From an uncultured Deinococcales bacterium (GTDB lineage Bacteria; Deinococcota; Deinococci; Deinococcales; JAAFIG01), in assembly GCA_964244895.1 (NCBI GenBank), contig CAXTKV010000058.1, positions 1-24,826 of the forward strand: DNA of 24,826 nt, given 5' to 3'. The position numbers and the translations under genes were made by a program. This document shows positions 9,845 to 18,330 of the stretch, one piece after another. Under the pieces are notes generated by a model. The model made no database searches. It saw only the letters and a program-made list of their open reading frames with translations, and was not told where the DNA came from. Numbering within the stretch: the stretch's first letter is position 1; every line of letters begins with the position of its first letter.

Positions 9845-10930
9845 CTACACGCGAAGCGGATTGACAATCGCCAGGTAACCCGGATCGCTCGAGGCGCGAA
9901 AAACGGCGGGCGCATTCGATCCCAGACCGATCGTGACCTCACCATCGACCGGGCCGAGGGCTTCGGTCAGTTGCTTGGCGCGGAACCCCACCGTGATACC
10001 GGGTTCCTTACCGTCTTGCTTGACCTCCAGGCTGTCCTGGGCGCGACCGTAATCGGATTCCGCCACCAGTTGTAACTTGCCGCCAGAGACGATGAAATCC
10101 ACGCGGTTGTTGGAAAGTTTGTCGGCCACGACCGCCACGCGGTTGACGGAATCCTTCAAAGCGCTCGAATCGAGCGTGATCCCGACGTTCGAGCTGGTCG
10201 GAATGACGCGCTCGTAATCGGGCAATTCGCCGTCCATCAGCTTGGCGTTCATGCGAACCCGATCCGAAGAAATCGTGATTTGCCCATTCCCGAGGGTAAT
10301 TTTTGCCTCGCCTTCACGCACCACACGGACGAGCTCGTCCGCATTGCGCGCCGGAATCACGATCTTGCGCGGTTCAGTCGTGGATGCGGCGGGAAAATCT
10401 CTGTACGCCAACCGGAAGCCATCGGTCGCCACAACCCGCGAGCGCTGCGGTGAAAGCTCGAGCTGCACCCCACGGAAGATCGCTCGGAATTCCTCGGCGG
10501 CAGCGGCGTACCGCACGGCGCTGATGGACTTGGAAAGTTCCTTCGCATCGATCGTTAAGTCCGCGTGGGATGGGAAACTCAGTTCAGGGTACGCCCCCAG
10601 ATCCCCCGTTTGAAGTTTGAAGGTTGCACCACCTGAAGTGACGGTCAGCTCCGAACCCTCGAGATGAAGTTCGCAGAGTTCGCCCGGCAATGCGCGCGTG
10701 ATCTGCGCGAACAGATGCGCAGGGACGACGAAGGTGGCTCCATCCACGATCTCGGCGGGTACAAAGATTTCGAGGTCGATTTCGAGGTTCGTGCCGCTCA
10801 GCGACAAGCCCGTATCGGTACTCGCGACTTTGAGTTGGGTCAGAGCCGCATTCGAGCTTCGGCTCGGCACGATCCGTTCGAGGTTTGACAGGGCATCGCT
10901 CAGTTGTTTTTTTGGAAGTTGAACTCTCAA
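9845..10930 (-). CDS. dnaN: DNA polymerase III beta sliding clamp
   Basis: SGTNLEIDL, VVATDGFRLA, MDGELPDYERVIP; 361 aa; TTG start with GGAGG RBS; directly downstream of dnaA. Confidence 0.97.
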   Translation of the reverse strand: MRVQLPKKQLSDALSNLERIVPSRSSNAALTQLKVASTDTGLSLSGTNLEIDLEIFVPAEIVDGATFVVPAHLFAQITRALPGELCELHLEGSELTVTSGGATFKLQTGDLGAYPELSFPSHADLTIDAKELSKSISAVRYAAAAEEFRAIFRGVQLELSPQRSRVVATDGFRLAYRDFPAASTTEPRKIVIPARNADELVRVVREGEAKITLGNGQITISSDRVRMNAKLMDGELPDYERVIPTSSNVGITLDSSALKDSVNRVAVVADKLSNNRVDFIVSGGKLQLVAESDYGRAQDSLEVKQDGKEPGITVGFRAKQLTEALGPVDGEVTIGLGSNAPAVFRASSDPGYLAIVNPLRV

Positions 10931-10954
10931 AGGAACCTCCGGTTGGGGGTGTGC

Positions 10955-11220
10955 CGTAGATCTTACTCTAAAAGAAAGAAAGATTAGTAGTAGCAGTAAT
11001 AGGCCCTGTTAGTAGTGTGGATAAGTGCTTTAAAGACCGTCCAGCACTGCACTTGGCCTGTTGATAGGATTGTGGACAACTGGGTGTTTCCCTGTGGATA
11101 GCCTGTGGATAAAGTCTAAGTTATCCACAGGTTCTAAATTCGTTCAGTTGTCCACACCTTCTCCACAAGTTATCCACAGGCTATCCACAGGGTTTTCCAC
11201 AGACTTATCCACAGCTTTTG
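10955..11220. other. Chromosomal replication origin oriC
   Basis: dnaA-dnaN intergenic region. Perfect DnaA boxes at 11016, 11104, 11121, 11170 and 11205; variants at 11059, 11071, 11093, 11148, 11159, 11181 and 11193. AT-rich tract 10960-10985 and DnaA-trios TAG TAG TAG CAG TAA TAG at 10985-11002. Confidence 0.95.
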
Positions 11221-11293
11221 AGGCAGCGAGCGGTCAAAAATTCTGGCAATAGCCGCTGTGCGTCGAGGCTCGAGAACGTCAACCAGACAAGGT

Positions 11294-12631
11294 TCAGGCC
11301 AGACGAGTTTTGATTTCGCGTATGGCACTGGCGATTTCTTGATCCCGATCGACCAACTCAGCAACTTTCTGAATCGAATACAGAATCGTCGAATGATCGC
11401 GTCCAAAGAACTGACCGATCTCTGGCAGGCTGTGGTTGGTTAACTCTCGAATCAGATACATCGCCACTTGGCGCGGAATCACGACCTCGCGGGCTCGACC
11501 GCTCGATTTGAGCGAATCCATCGTGAGGCCGTAGTAGCTGGCTGAAGCGTCCAGCACGTCCTGCATCGAAGCGTTCTGCACTTCCGTATCCGCAAAGACG
11601 TTGGAGAGCGCTTTGGCGGCGATGGCGCGCGTGACTTTGTCCCCTTCAAGCCCATTCAAGCTAGCGAAAGCAATCACCCGCATCAACGCCCCCTCGAGTT
11701 CGCGGATGTTGGATGTGACTTGCTTGGCAATAAATTCTAGGACTTCGTCGGGAATGAGAACGCGGCGGTACTCGGCATTCATCCTGAGGATGGCGATCCG
11801 AGTCTCGAGTTCGGGGCTCTGAATGTCGGTGATTAAACCCCACTCGAAACGTGATCGGAGCCGCGCCTCGAGCGTCAAGATGTCTCGCGGAGGGCGATCA
11901 GATGACAGAATGATCTGTTTTCCCGCTTCATAGAGTGCGTTGAAGGTATGGAAGAACTCCTCCTGCGTGCGCTCCTTGCCCGCGATGAACTGAATATCAT
12001 CCACCAGCAGCAAATCCACGCTGCGATAGCGATCCTTAAATGACGCCATCTTGTCATCGCGGATCGAATTGATCAGATCATTCGTGAAGGTTTCAGTGGA
12101 GATGTAGTCGATGCGCTTTTCCGGGAAGCGATCTGCAACGCTGTGCCCGACGGCGTGCATCAGGTGCGTCTTTCCCAGACCGACGCCGCCGTAGATGAAT
12201 AGGGGGTTGTAGGCCTTGCCGGGTGATTCCGCAACCGCCAAGGCGGCGGCGTGCGCGAAAGAGTTGTTTTGACCGATCACGAATTTTTCAAAAGTGTACT
12301 TAGGGTTCAGGCGACCGCGACCATCTTCGGGGAGCGATTTCGAGGCGCGGGGCTTATCCTCGAGATCCAGCACAGGTTCTTGAGTGCTCGGCAGCACCTT
12401 GAAGCCGATGCGCGGCGTGGCCGCACCGAGGGCACGCAGTGATTCCTCGAGCAAGGCGAGATAGTGCGTCTTTAACCAGTCAGCGGCAAAGGAATTGCTC
12501 ACACCCAGAACGAAAACGCCGTCCTGCACACCGATTGGCTTGACCTTAGAAAACCACGTGTGGAATTCGACATCCGGGATGCGCTTGCGGATGTATTCCT
12601 TGATGTCTGCCCAGATTTCCTGCTCTGACAC
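11294..12631 (-). CDS. dnaA: Chromosomal replication initiator DnaA
   Basis: [30 protein letters not shown] (Walker A), [28 protein letters not shown], domain [20 protein letters not shown]. Confidence 0.99.
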   Translation of the reverse strand: MSEQEIWADIKEYIRKRIPDVEFHTWFSKVKPIGVQDGVFVLGVSNSFAADWLKTHYLALLEESLRALGAATPRIGFKVLPSTQEPVLDLEDKPRASKSLPEDGRGRLNPKYTFEKFVIGQNNSFAHAAALAVAESPGKAYNPLFIYGGVGLGKTHLMHAVGHSVADRFPEKRIDYISTETFTNDLINSIRDDKMASFKDRYRSVDLLLVDDIQFIAGKERTQEEFFHTFNALYEAGKQIILSSDRPPRDILTLEARLRSRFEWGLITDIQSPELETRIAILRMNAEYRRVLIPDEVLEFIAKQVTSNIRELEGALMRVIAFASLNGLEGDKVTRAIAAKALSNVFADTEVQNASMQDVLDASASYYGLTMDSLKSSGRAREVVIPRQVAMYLIRELTNHSLPEIGQFFGRDHSTILYSIQKVAELVDRDQEIASAIREIKTRLA

Positions 12632-12813
12632 GGCCTGACCCTCCCAGGGTCGAGAAGTCTACCCTTAACTCGAGTCATCATCTTATTCTTTCTCGCCCGG
12701 ACGTCCAGCGAGTAAAGAAAACATCGTGCTGGACGACATATTTTCTACTTGTGTTTTTCAGTACCTGCGAATGGGTCAGAAGGGAGATGTCTGCGATACG
12801 GATTGTAACCGAA

Positions 12814-13242
12814 TCAGGTTTTCTTTCGACTGGATCGAAGTCGCGTTTTTTGCTTTGCCGTGTAAAACCAACCCGTTGGTGCATGCTCAAAAACGGGCGG
12901 CAACTGACCCGTGGAATGCCACTTCGCCCACCACTCGAGAAACAGTCGGCGCTTTCGGCATTCAGGCATGTGGTTGTAAAACAACCCGAGAGCGTCTTTT
13001 AAGTCCTCGCCGCGCACTATGACGAATGTATAGGTTCGCCCTCCATGCGTATAAGGGCCAAAGAGATTTCCACCAATGATTTGCCAGACGTACTTCACTG
13101 GCTCGGGATCCGTGTGCTGCATCCTGAGCTGTAAAGATGGCTGGTATTTATCGCCAGTAAACGATCCTTCACCGACGATCAGCCCGACAATGTAGCCGAT
13201 CTCGAACTGGCTCAAGGGTTGGGGGTCTGTATCTGAACTCAC
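12814..13242 (-). CDS. Single-motif LAGLIDADG homing-endonuclease-like protein, 142 aa
   Basis: FEIGYIVGLIVGEGSF matches the LAGLIDADG helix with the acidic metal ligand kept; MQHTDPEPV..IIGGNLFGPY and a K..W tail fit the fold. TAAACT -10 lies 6 nt before the GTG (leaderless geometry). Confidence 0.75.
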   Translation of the reverse strand: MSSDTDPQPLSQFEIGYIVGLIVGEGSFTGDKYQPSLQLRMQHTDPEPVKYVWQIIGGNLFGPYTHGGRTYTFVIVRGEDLKDALGLFYNHMPECRKRRLFLEWWAKWHSTGQLPPVFEHAPTGWFYTAKQKTRLRSSRKKT

Positions 13243-13249
13243 TCGAATA

Positions 13250-13279
13250 GTTTACCTGGATAACGGTCAAACGTGAAAC
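13250..13279. repeat. 30-bp direct repeat, copy 1
   Basis: GTTTACCTGGATAACGGTCAAACGTGAAAC; 29/30 identical to 13578-13607. Confidence 0.95.
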
Positions 13280-13466
13280 GTCGAGATACTCAGATTCAGT
13301 CGTTTTCGTAACCGGATCTCTTAAAACCTCTCCCCTACTTTATGCGACACATCATCTAAAACCAGAAAGCCTTTCGTATCTTTTTGCCAATCATATTGAG
13401 CTGAAACGAGCCTGACCACAGGTGGCGAACGGATGTCGAAACAAACGTGGATTTCACAGCTTGCAA

Positions 13467-13487
13467 AATTTGATCGGCGATCAAATT
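13467..13487. promoter_or_regulatory. Perfect 21-bp palindrome (probable dimeric-protein binding site)
   Basis: AATTTGATCG-G-CGATCAAATT. Confidence 0.6.
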
Positions 13488-13576
13488 GACACCAAAGGTC
13501 GGTCATGATCTCAAAACAAGATGGTCACTGGTTTCAGGGCAATCCTGAGGCAATACGAACCAATTCAAGACTTAAA

Positions 13577-13608
13577 TGTTTCCCTGGATAACGGTCAAAC
13601 GTGAAACA
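13577..13608. repeat. 30-32 bp direct repeat, copy 2, with parS-like ends
   Basis: TGTTTCCC-TGGATAACGGTCAAAC-GTGAAACA, 48 nt upstream of rsmG. Confidence 0.95.
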
Positions 13609-13656
13609 CCCTGGTGAAGTTTGCGTTTCACGAGCTCAAACTGACAGACTACCCAC

Positions 13657-14247
13657 ATGCCCGATTCTTCCTCGCCGCCACACCCGGAGACCACACTGAG
13701 ACGACTGGGGCAATATGAATTGCTCGTCCAAAAATATTCAGGGACGCTCGATCTCAGTTCACCAGAGGCGATCAAAAACTTTGCCAACAACATTGCCCGT
13801 ACCGAGCCCTACGATGACTTTTTGAGTCCTGGAATACGAATTTTGGACATTGGTTCGGGCGTCGGTCAGCCGGCGATTCCAATCGCGATACGACGACCGG
13901 ATCTCGAAGTTGTACTTTGCGAGATCAGAAAGCGCCGCGCCGCGTTTCTCGAGCTTGCCGTGAGTTCTCTCGAGTTAGAAAATGCGCGCGTGTACAATGG
14001 CGACGTGCAACAACTCATCGCGGCCCCATTCGACGCTGTCGTGGCTCAAGCGATCGGCAAATTGAGCAGGATCTATTCCCTTTGTCATCACCTTTTGAAG
14101 CCAGCCTGGAAGATCTTGACGCGAAAAGGAGCCGCACTCGAGGCTGAGATTGAGGAACTGAGCCACTTGGCACAAATCTCTGTCGTAGAGCGTCACCAAC
14201 TCGAAGATGGGACAGCCATAGTCGCAATTACCGGAGGCGAGACGTGA
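13657..14247 (+). CDS. rsmG: 16S rRNA m7G527 methyltransferase RsmG (GidB)
   Basis: [37 protein letters not shown]-binding motif; stop overlaps the parA start (GTGA). Confidence 0.88.
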   Translation: MPDSSSPPHPETTLRRLGQYELLVQKYSGTLDLSSPEAIKNFANNIARTEPYDDFLSPGIRILDIGSGVGQPAIPIAIRRPDLEVVLCEIRKRRAAFLELAVSSLELENARVYNGDVQQLIAAPFDAVVAQAIGKLSRIYSLCHHLLKPAWKILTRKGAALEAEIEELSHLAQISVVERHQLEDGTAIVAITGGET

Positions 14248-14993
14248 AAATACTAAGTGTTGTCAACCAAAAAGGTGGTGTAGGCAAAACGACGACCAGC
14301 GTGAATTTAACCGCATACCTGGCCACGACAAGGCGAAAAGTTCTCCTGATTGATCTCGACCCTCAGGGTAATGCGACGAGTGGATTTGGTATTGAGAATC
14401 CAGAAAAAGGCGTCTACGACGTATTAATGGGCAATTCAAGCCTAGAGGATGCGGTCATTGAAACGTCGCAAAAAGGAGTTTACATCCTCTGTGCAACGCC
14501 CGATCTGGCTGGAGCGAGCGTTGAATTGACCAACGAACCGAAGTGTTTAAGGAGATTGCTCGAGCAAGAGAACCCATATGATTTGATTGTCGTCGATGCT
14601 CCACCCTCACTGGGGCCACTGACGGTCAACGCACTTGTCGCAGCGGATGGATTGATCATTCCCTTACAAGCCGAGTACTACGCCCTCGAAGGCATCGCAG
14701 GTTTACTGAATACGATTGAACGCGTCAGAGAATCGCTCAATCCGAATTTGAAAACCCTCGGGATCGTTGTAACGATGTTCGACCAGCGAACCACCTTGGC
14801 GCAACAAGTCGAGCAAAATGTTCGAACGCATTTTGGAGAAACCGTGTTCTGGTCGGTGATTCCGCGCAACGTGCGCCTTTCGGAAGCTCCAAGTTACGGG
14901 AAGCCGATCAATCAATTTGCCCCGACCAGTTCGGGGGCGGCGGCCTACCGCCGTCTGGCAGAGGAGGTGTTGCAGCGTGTCAAAAAAGCCTAG
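14244..14993 (+). CDS. parA: Chromosome partition ATPase ParA/Soj
   Basis: [11 protein letters not shown] deviant Walker [41 protein letters not shown]. Confidence 0.97.
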   Translation: MKILSVVNQKGGVGKTTTSVNLTAYLATTRRKVLLIDLDPQGNATSGFGIENPEKGVYDVLMGNSSLEDAVIETSQKGVYILCATPDLAGASVELTNEPKCLRRLLEQENPYDLIVVDAPPSLGPLTVNALVAADGLIIPLQAEYYALEGIAGLLNTIERVRESLNPNLKTLGIVVTMFDQRTTLAQQVEQNVRTHFGETVFWSVIPRNVRLSEAPSYGKPINQFAPTSSGAAAYRRLAEEVLQRVKKA

Positions 14994-15816
14994 TGGACTG
15001 GGACGCGGCCTGGACGCGTTGATCCCGCGCGCTCAAACTGTATCTGCCCAGAAGGTTGCGATTTTGGAGATTAAACCGAACGCAAAACAGCCGAGGCGCA
15101 ACTTTGACGAGGCTGCTCTAAACGAATTGGCAGCTTCAATCCGAGAGAAGGGTTTACTTCAGCCAATATTGGTGCGACCGCTCAAAAAAGGCTACGAAAT
15201 TGTGGCTGGTGAACGTCGCTGGCGGGCAGCCCAACTGGCCGGGCTCACCGAGGTTCCCGTCGTTGTACGCGACTTATCAGACCAAGAATCGCTCGAATTG
15301 GCGATCATCGAAAACTTGCAACGCGAGGATCTCGGGCCGCTCGAGGAAGCCCGAGCGTTCCAGCAACTGATCGACTTTGGATTGACGCAGGATGAAGCGG
15401 CGAAAACGGTTGGAAAGGGGAGAACAACCGTCACCAACGCGTTGCGCTTGCTGACCCTGTCAGACAGTGGGCTACGGGCGCTCGAGAGCGGCTCAATCAC
15501 CGCTGGACACGCGAGAGCTATTTTGGCCATGCCAAAGGATGCTCAGGATTGGGCGCTCGAACAGATCGTGTCCAAAGACTTGAGCGTCCGTCAAGCTGAG
15601 CAGCTCAGGTTCGCAGCGCAGGACGAGCAAGCAACTGAAAATGGTGCGACGATGGCGACCAAACCGCGAATACATCGGCAATTGGAGCTCGAACTGGCGC
15701 GTTATTCGGGCACGAAAGTCCGGATCATCGGGCAGGAAAAGGGGCGTTTAGAGTTGTACTACCACAGCCTCGAGGATTTGAACCGAATACTCGCACTCAT
15801 GGGCTATGACGCATGA
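14977..15816 (+). CDS. parB: Chromosome partition protein ParB/Spo0J
   Basis: GTG start ([15 protein letters not shown]) with [44 protein letters not shown]. Confidence 0.97.
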   Translation: MSKKPSGLGRGLDALIPRAQTVSAQKVAILEIKPNAKQPRRNFDEAALNELAASIREKGLLQPILVRPLKKGYEIVAGERRWRAAQLAGLTEVPVVVRDLSDQESLELAIIENLQREDLGPLEEARAFQQLIDFGLTQDEAAKTVGKGRTTVTNALRLLTLSDSGLRALESGSITAGHARAILAMPKDAQDWALEQIVSKDLSVRQAEQLRFAAQDEQATENGATMATKPRIHRQLELELARYSGTKVRIIGQEKGRLELYYHSLEDLNRILALMGYDA

Positions 15817-15873
15817 AGAAATTCGCGTACCAGACGATGTTCTCTGCCAGAAAGCCCGACGGCGGTGGGCATG

Positions 15874-15902
15874 TTGCTATTACGCTCAAAACAGAATAAA
15901 CT
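15874..15902 (+). promoter_or_regulatory. Promoter TTGCTA-N17-TAAACT whose spacer is an RDRM (DdrO operator)
   Basis: Spacer 15880-15896 is TTACGCTCAAAACAGAA, matching the 17-bp Deinococcus radiation/desiccation response motif pattern TTAYGY-N5-RCRKAA. Confidence 0.75.
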
Positions 15903-15951
15903 TTGTCGAAGCTGATCTCAACCCTCTGCATCGGCAACCCAGGAGGAATTC

Positions 15952-16824
15952 ATGCCTTTCGATCCCCGCCAACACCTGATCAAGCTCAAAGGGCGCGATT
16001 ACCTGCCGGTGGCCGCACGATTGATCTGGCTGAACGAGGAATCTCACCGGTATCGCATTGAAACCCAGTTCCTCAAGCTCGAGGACACGTATGCGGTCGT
16101 ACAAGCGACCGTTTCCTTGTTGGATGATGCGGGCGTGCCGACGCGTTCGGCGACGGCCCTCAAACGCGAGGATCTGGCGCACTTTCCCGACTTCCTGGAA
16201 AAATCCGAAACTGGAGCCATCGGGCGGGCGCTCGGCATGCTCGGCTTCGGGACGCAGTTTGCACCGGAATTCGACGAGCTCGAGGGCAAAATCGAAGCGC
16301 GCGTCGTGGACTCGCCGCGCACCGTGGCAGAATCCGTCAGAGCCGTCCCAGACGCCCCTCGCTCGCCATCGAAGCCGAGCGCTCGAGACCTGGAGCCACC
16401 GCCCGAGACGCCAACCAGATCAAGCTTGAGCGCTGCCGGGTTGAAGCCTGCCAGCACGCTCGGGCCGCCGACCAACAGGCACAAACCCGTCCCGGACGAG
16501 ATTGAGCGCCCGCAGCCGACGGCGCAAGTGGTTTCCAGAGATTTGGATATCGACGATGGCCTCGAAGAGTACGACCACAGCGCTGTCGCCGATGAGGATC
16601 TCTTCAGCGAGACCAAGGTGCGCCGCCTGCTGGCCATCGGTGGGAAACTGTTTGCCCTCAAAGGCGATGCGCTCGAGGCTCGATTGCTCAAGGCGGCCTC
16701 GAAGATTCTGGGCAGGGGTGTCGAAGATCTGAATGCCTTGCACTGGAAAGATGGCAACAAGGTGATGCAGGCGCTCGAAGATCAGGCGATCAAAAACAAG
16801 GTCTGGGATGCACCGAAGAACTGA
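15952..16824 (+). CDS. Putative Rad52/Sak-like single-strand annealing protein (phage-type, not canonical DdrA)
   Basis: AGGAGG RBS. N-domain LKGRDYLPVAARLIWL...FLEKSETGAIGRALGMLGFGTQF resembles Rad52-superfamily phage annealases; followed by a Pro/Ser-rich linker, an acidic patch and a small helical C-domain. Confidence 0.7.
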   Translation: MPFDPRQHLIKLKGRDYLPVAARLIWLNEESHRYRIETQFLKLEDTYAVVQATVSLLDDAGVPTRSATALKREDLAHFPDFLEKSETGAIGRALGMLGFGTQFAPEFDELEGKIEARVVDSPRTVAESVRAVPDAPRSPSKPSARDLEPPPETPTRSSLSAAGLKPASTLGPPTNRHKPVPDEIERPQPTAQVVSRDLDIDDGLEEYDHSAVADEDLFSETKVRRLLAIGGKLFALKGDALEARLLKAASKILGRGVEDLNALHWKDGNKVMQALEDQAIKNKVWDAPKN

Positions 16825-16834
16825 CCCGATTAAA

Positions 16835-16897
16835 GGAACACTGTCCAGGACGCAAAAATCCTGAAACTCGAGAACACCGTCTTGGACGGTGTTCTTT
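16835..16897. repeat. REP-like repeats / bidirectional terminator
   Basis: GGAACACTGTCCAGGACG, then AGAACACCGTC-TTG-GACGGTGTTCT-TT, between convergent genes. Confidence 0.8.
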
Positions 16898-16914
16898 AAA
16901 AGAATCTCGATGGT

Positions 16915-17655
16915 TCACTTCGGGGCTTCGGGTACCGTGTCGGCGGGCGCGGAGCCCTCGAGCCGCGTCAGGAAATCGGTGTAGCCAGGAAACGAATCCA
17001 GAACCCAGGTCTGAAAGCGCCGATCTAGATTGAAACCGATCGCGATGGCGAACACGACCAACACCGCGCCGAAACCGCGCTGAACCCTGGCCAGGTTGTT
17101 GATCAGCCACGGCACGCGGTTCAAAAGGCCGCGACCGCCCATCATCACGGCGAACATCGGGATGGCCGTACCGATGGAAAACGCCAGCGTCACCACGAGC
17201 GCCTGCGCGTTGACCGCGTTGTTGAGCGCCAGCGTCATGACGCTGGCCATGATTGGCCCGACGCACGGCGACCACAGCACGCCGAGCGTCGTGCCGACCA
17301 GGGCACCGCCCCAGAATCCATCGCCCTGAACGGTAGAAACGCGGTTGACGGATTGGCTCGAGAGGCGTTCAAAAACCGTCTGGAAGGCTGGCACCAGGAG
17401 CGTCAGACCGAAAGCGAGCAGCAGTCCGACCGAGACCCAGCGCAGCGCGTCCGACGGGATCCCCAAGAGCCCGACCAGGCTCGAGACGAATAGCGTGAAC
17501 GCCGTGAACGACGCGGTGAAACCCGCAATGATGCCGTAAGGTCGGGTGCGCCCACCGAGCGTACCAGAGAGCAGAAATGGCAACACGGGCAGCACGCACG
17601 GCGATGCGACCGTGACGATGCCCGACAAGAACGCGAAAAAGATCGTGGTCAGCAC
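16915..17655 (-). CDS. CcdA/DsbD-family transmembrane thiol-disulfide electron transporter
   Basis: ASPCVLPVLP and WSPCVGPIM motifs, about 6 hydrophobic segments; GTG start at 17655 with GGAG RBS. Confidence 0.92.
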   Translation of the reverse strand: MLTTIFFAFLSGIVTVASPCVLPVLPFLLSGTLGGRTRPYGIIAGFTASFTAFTLFVSSLVGLLGIPSDALRWVSVGLLLAFGLTLLVPAFQTVFERLSSQSVNRVSTVQGDGFWGGALVGTTLGVLWSPCVGPIMASVMTLALNNAVNAQALVVTLAFSIGTAIPMFAVMMGGRGLLNRVPWLINNLARVQRGFGAVLVVFAIAIGFNLDRRFQTWVLDSFPGYTDFLTRLEGSAPADTVPEAPK

Positions 17656-17737
17656 GGTGCGGCTCCGATGGAGGGTTGAGTTCGGCTCGAGCTGAACGAC
17701 GACCTGAAGGCCGAAGGAGCATTCAGGCAGCGCGGAA

Positions 17738-18103
17738 TTACTTGGTGTTGGCCACAATTTCGGCGGTCGCGCCACCCAACCATTTCTTCAATGGTTCGCC
17801 CTTGGCATCGACGTAAACGAAAGTGTGCTGGTGGGTGATGCCGTACCTGGTTTTGAGGGCCGTTTCGGTGTCGTAGTCGGTTTTGAAGATCACGACATCG
17901 GCAGGAATCTTGTCGAGGTTCGCGTTGAAATCCTTGTCAGCGCCACGGCAGGTCGGGCACCAGGATGCCGCGAAGAACAGTACGCGCTTCATGGTGCTGG
18001 CCTCGTCGAAGGCTTTTGCGGTGTATTCAACGTAGTGTTTGCTGGCCGCGACGGCGATTGAAAGCACCAGCGTACCGACGAGCGCGATCATCCATTTCTT
18101 CAT
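17738..18103 (-). CDS. Exported thioredoxin-family protein
   Basis: Signal peptide MKKWMIALVGTLVLSIAVA; FFAASWCPTC; YGITHQHTFV; AGGAGG RBS. Confidence 0.9.
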   Translation of the reverse strand: MKKWMIALVGTLVLSIAVAASKHYVEYTAKAFDEASTMKRVLFFAASWCPTCRGADKDFNANLDKIPADVVIFKTDYDTETALKTRYGITHQHTFVYVDAKGEPLKKWLGGATAEIVANTK

Positions 18104-18270
18104 TCTGCCCTCCTGGGGGTTGGTTCACCGGACATACGTTTTCGGGAACCGTTTGGTTCAATCGCGAGCAATCGCGAATAGGGGAGAGGGCTCGAGGTGT
18201 TGCCCACGCCCTCTCTTTTCGCCTGGTTCACGGCTTCGACTCGAGGACGATGGATCGAATCTACCTGTCC

Positions 18271-18330
18271 GAGAACACCGTCCTGCACACCATTTTTTCA
18301 ACCCAGAGAACGCTGTATGGGACGGTATTT
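18271..18330. repeat. REP-like repeat pair
   Basis: GAGAACACCGTCCTGCAC ... GTATGGGACGGTATTT. Confidence 0.7.

Noticed and set aside
13321..13506. 61-aa minus-strand ORF between the repeats
   Set aside because: No RBS or leaderless signal, atypical composition, no recognisable motif
12700..13600. Group I intron or intein hosting the LAGLIDADG ORF
   Set aside because: No split host gene or RNA exon is evident, no intein terminal motifs, and the ORF has its own promoter; an Rfam scan would be needed to exclude this fully
13250..13608. CRISPR array (30-bp repeats beginning GTTT and ending GAAAC)
   Set aside because: Only two good copies, separated by about 298 nt rather than a 30-40 nt spacer; no cas genes in the window
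15952..16824. Assigning the gene symbol ddrA
   Set aside because: Rad52-like and RDRM-preceded, but the sequence motifs and length differ from DdrA as I recall it
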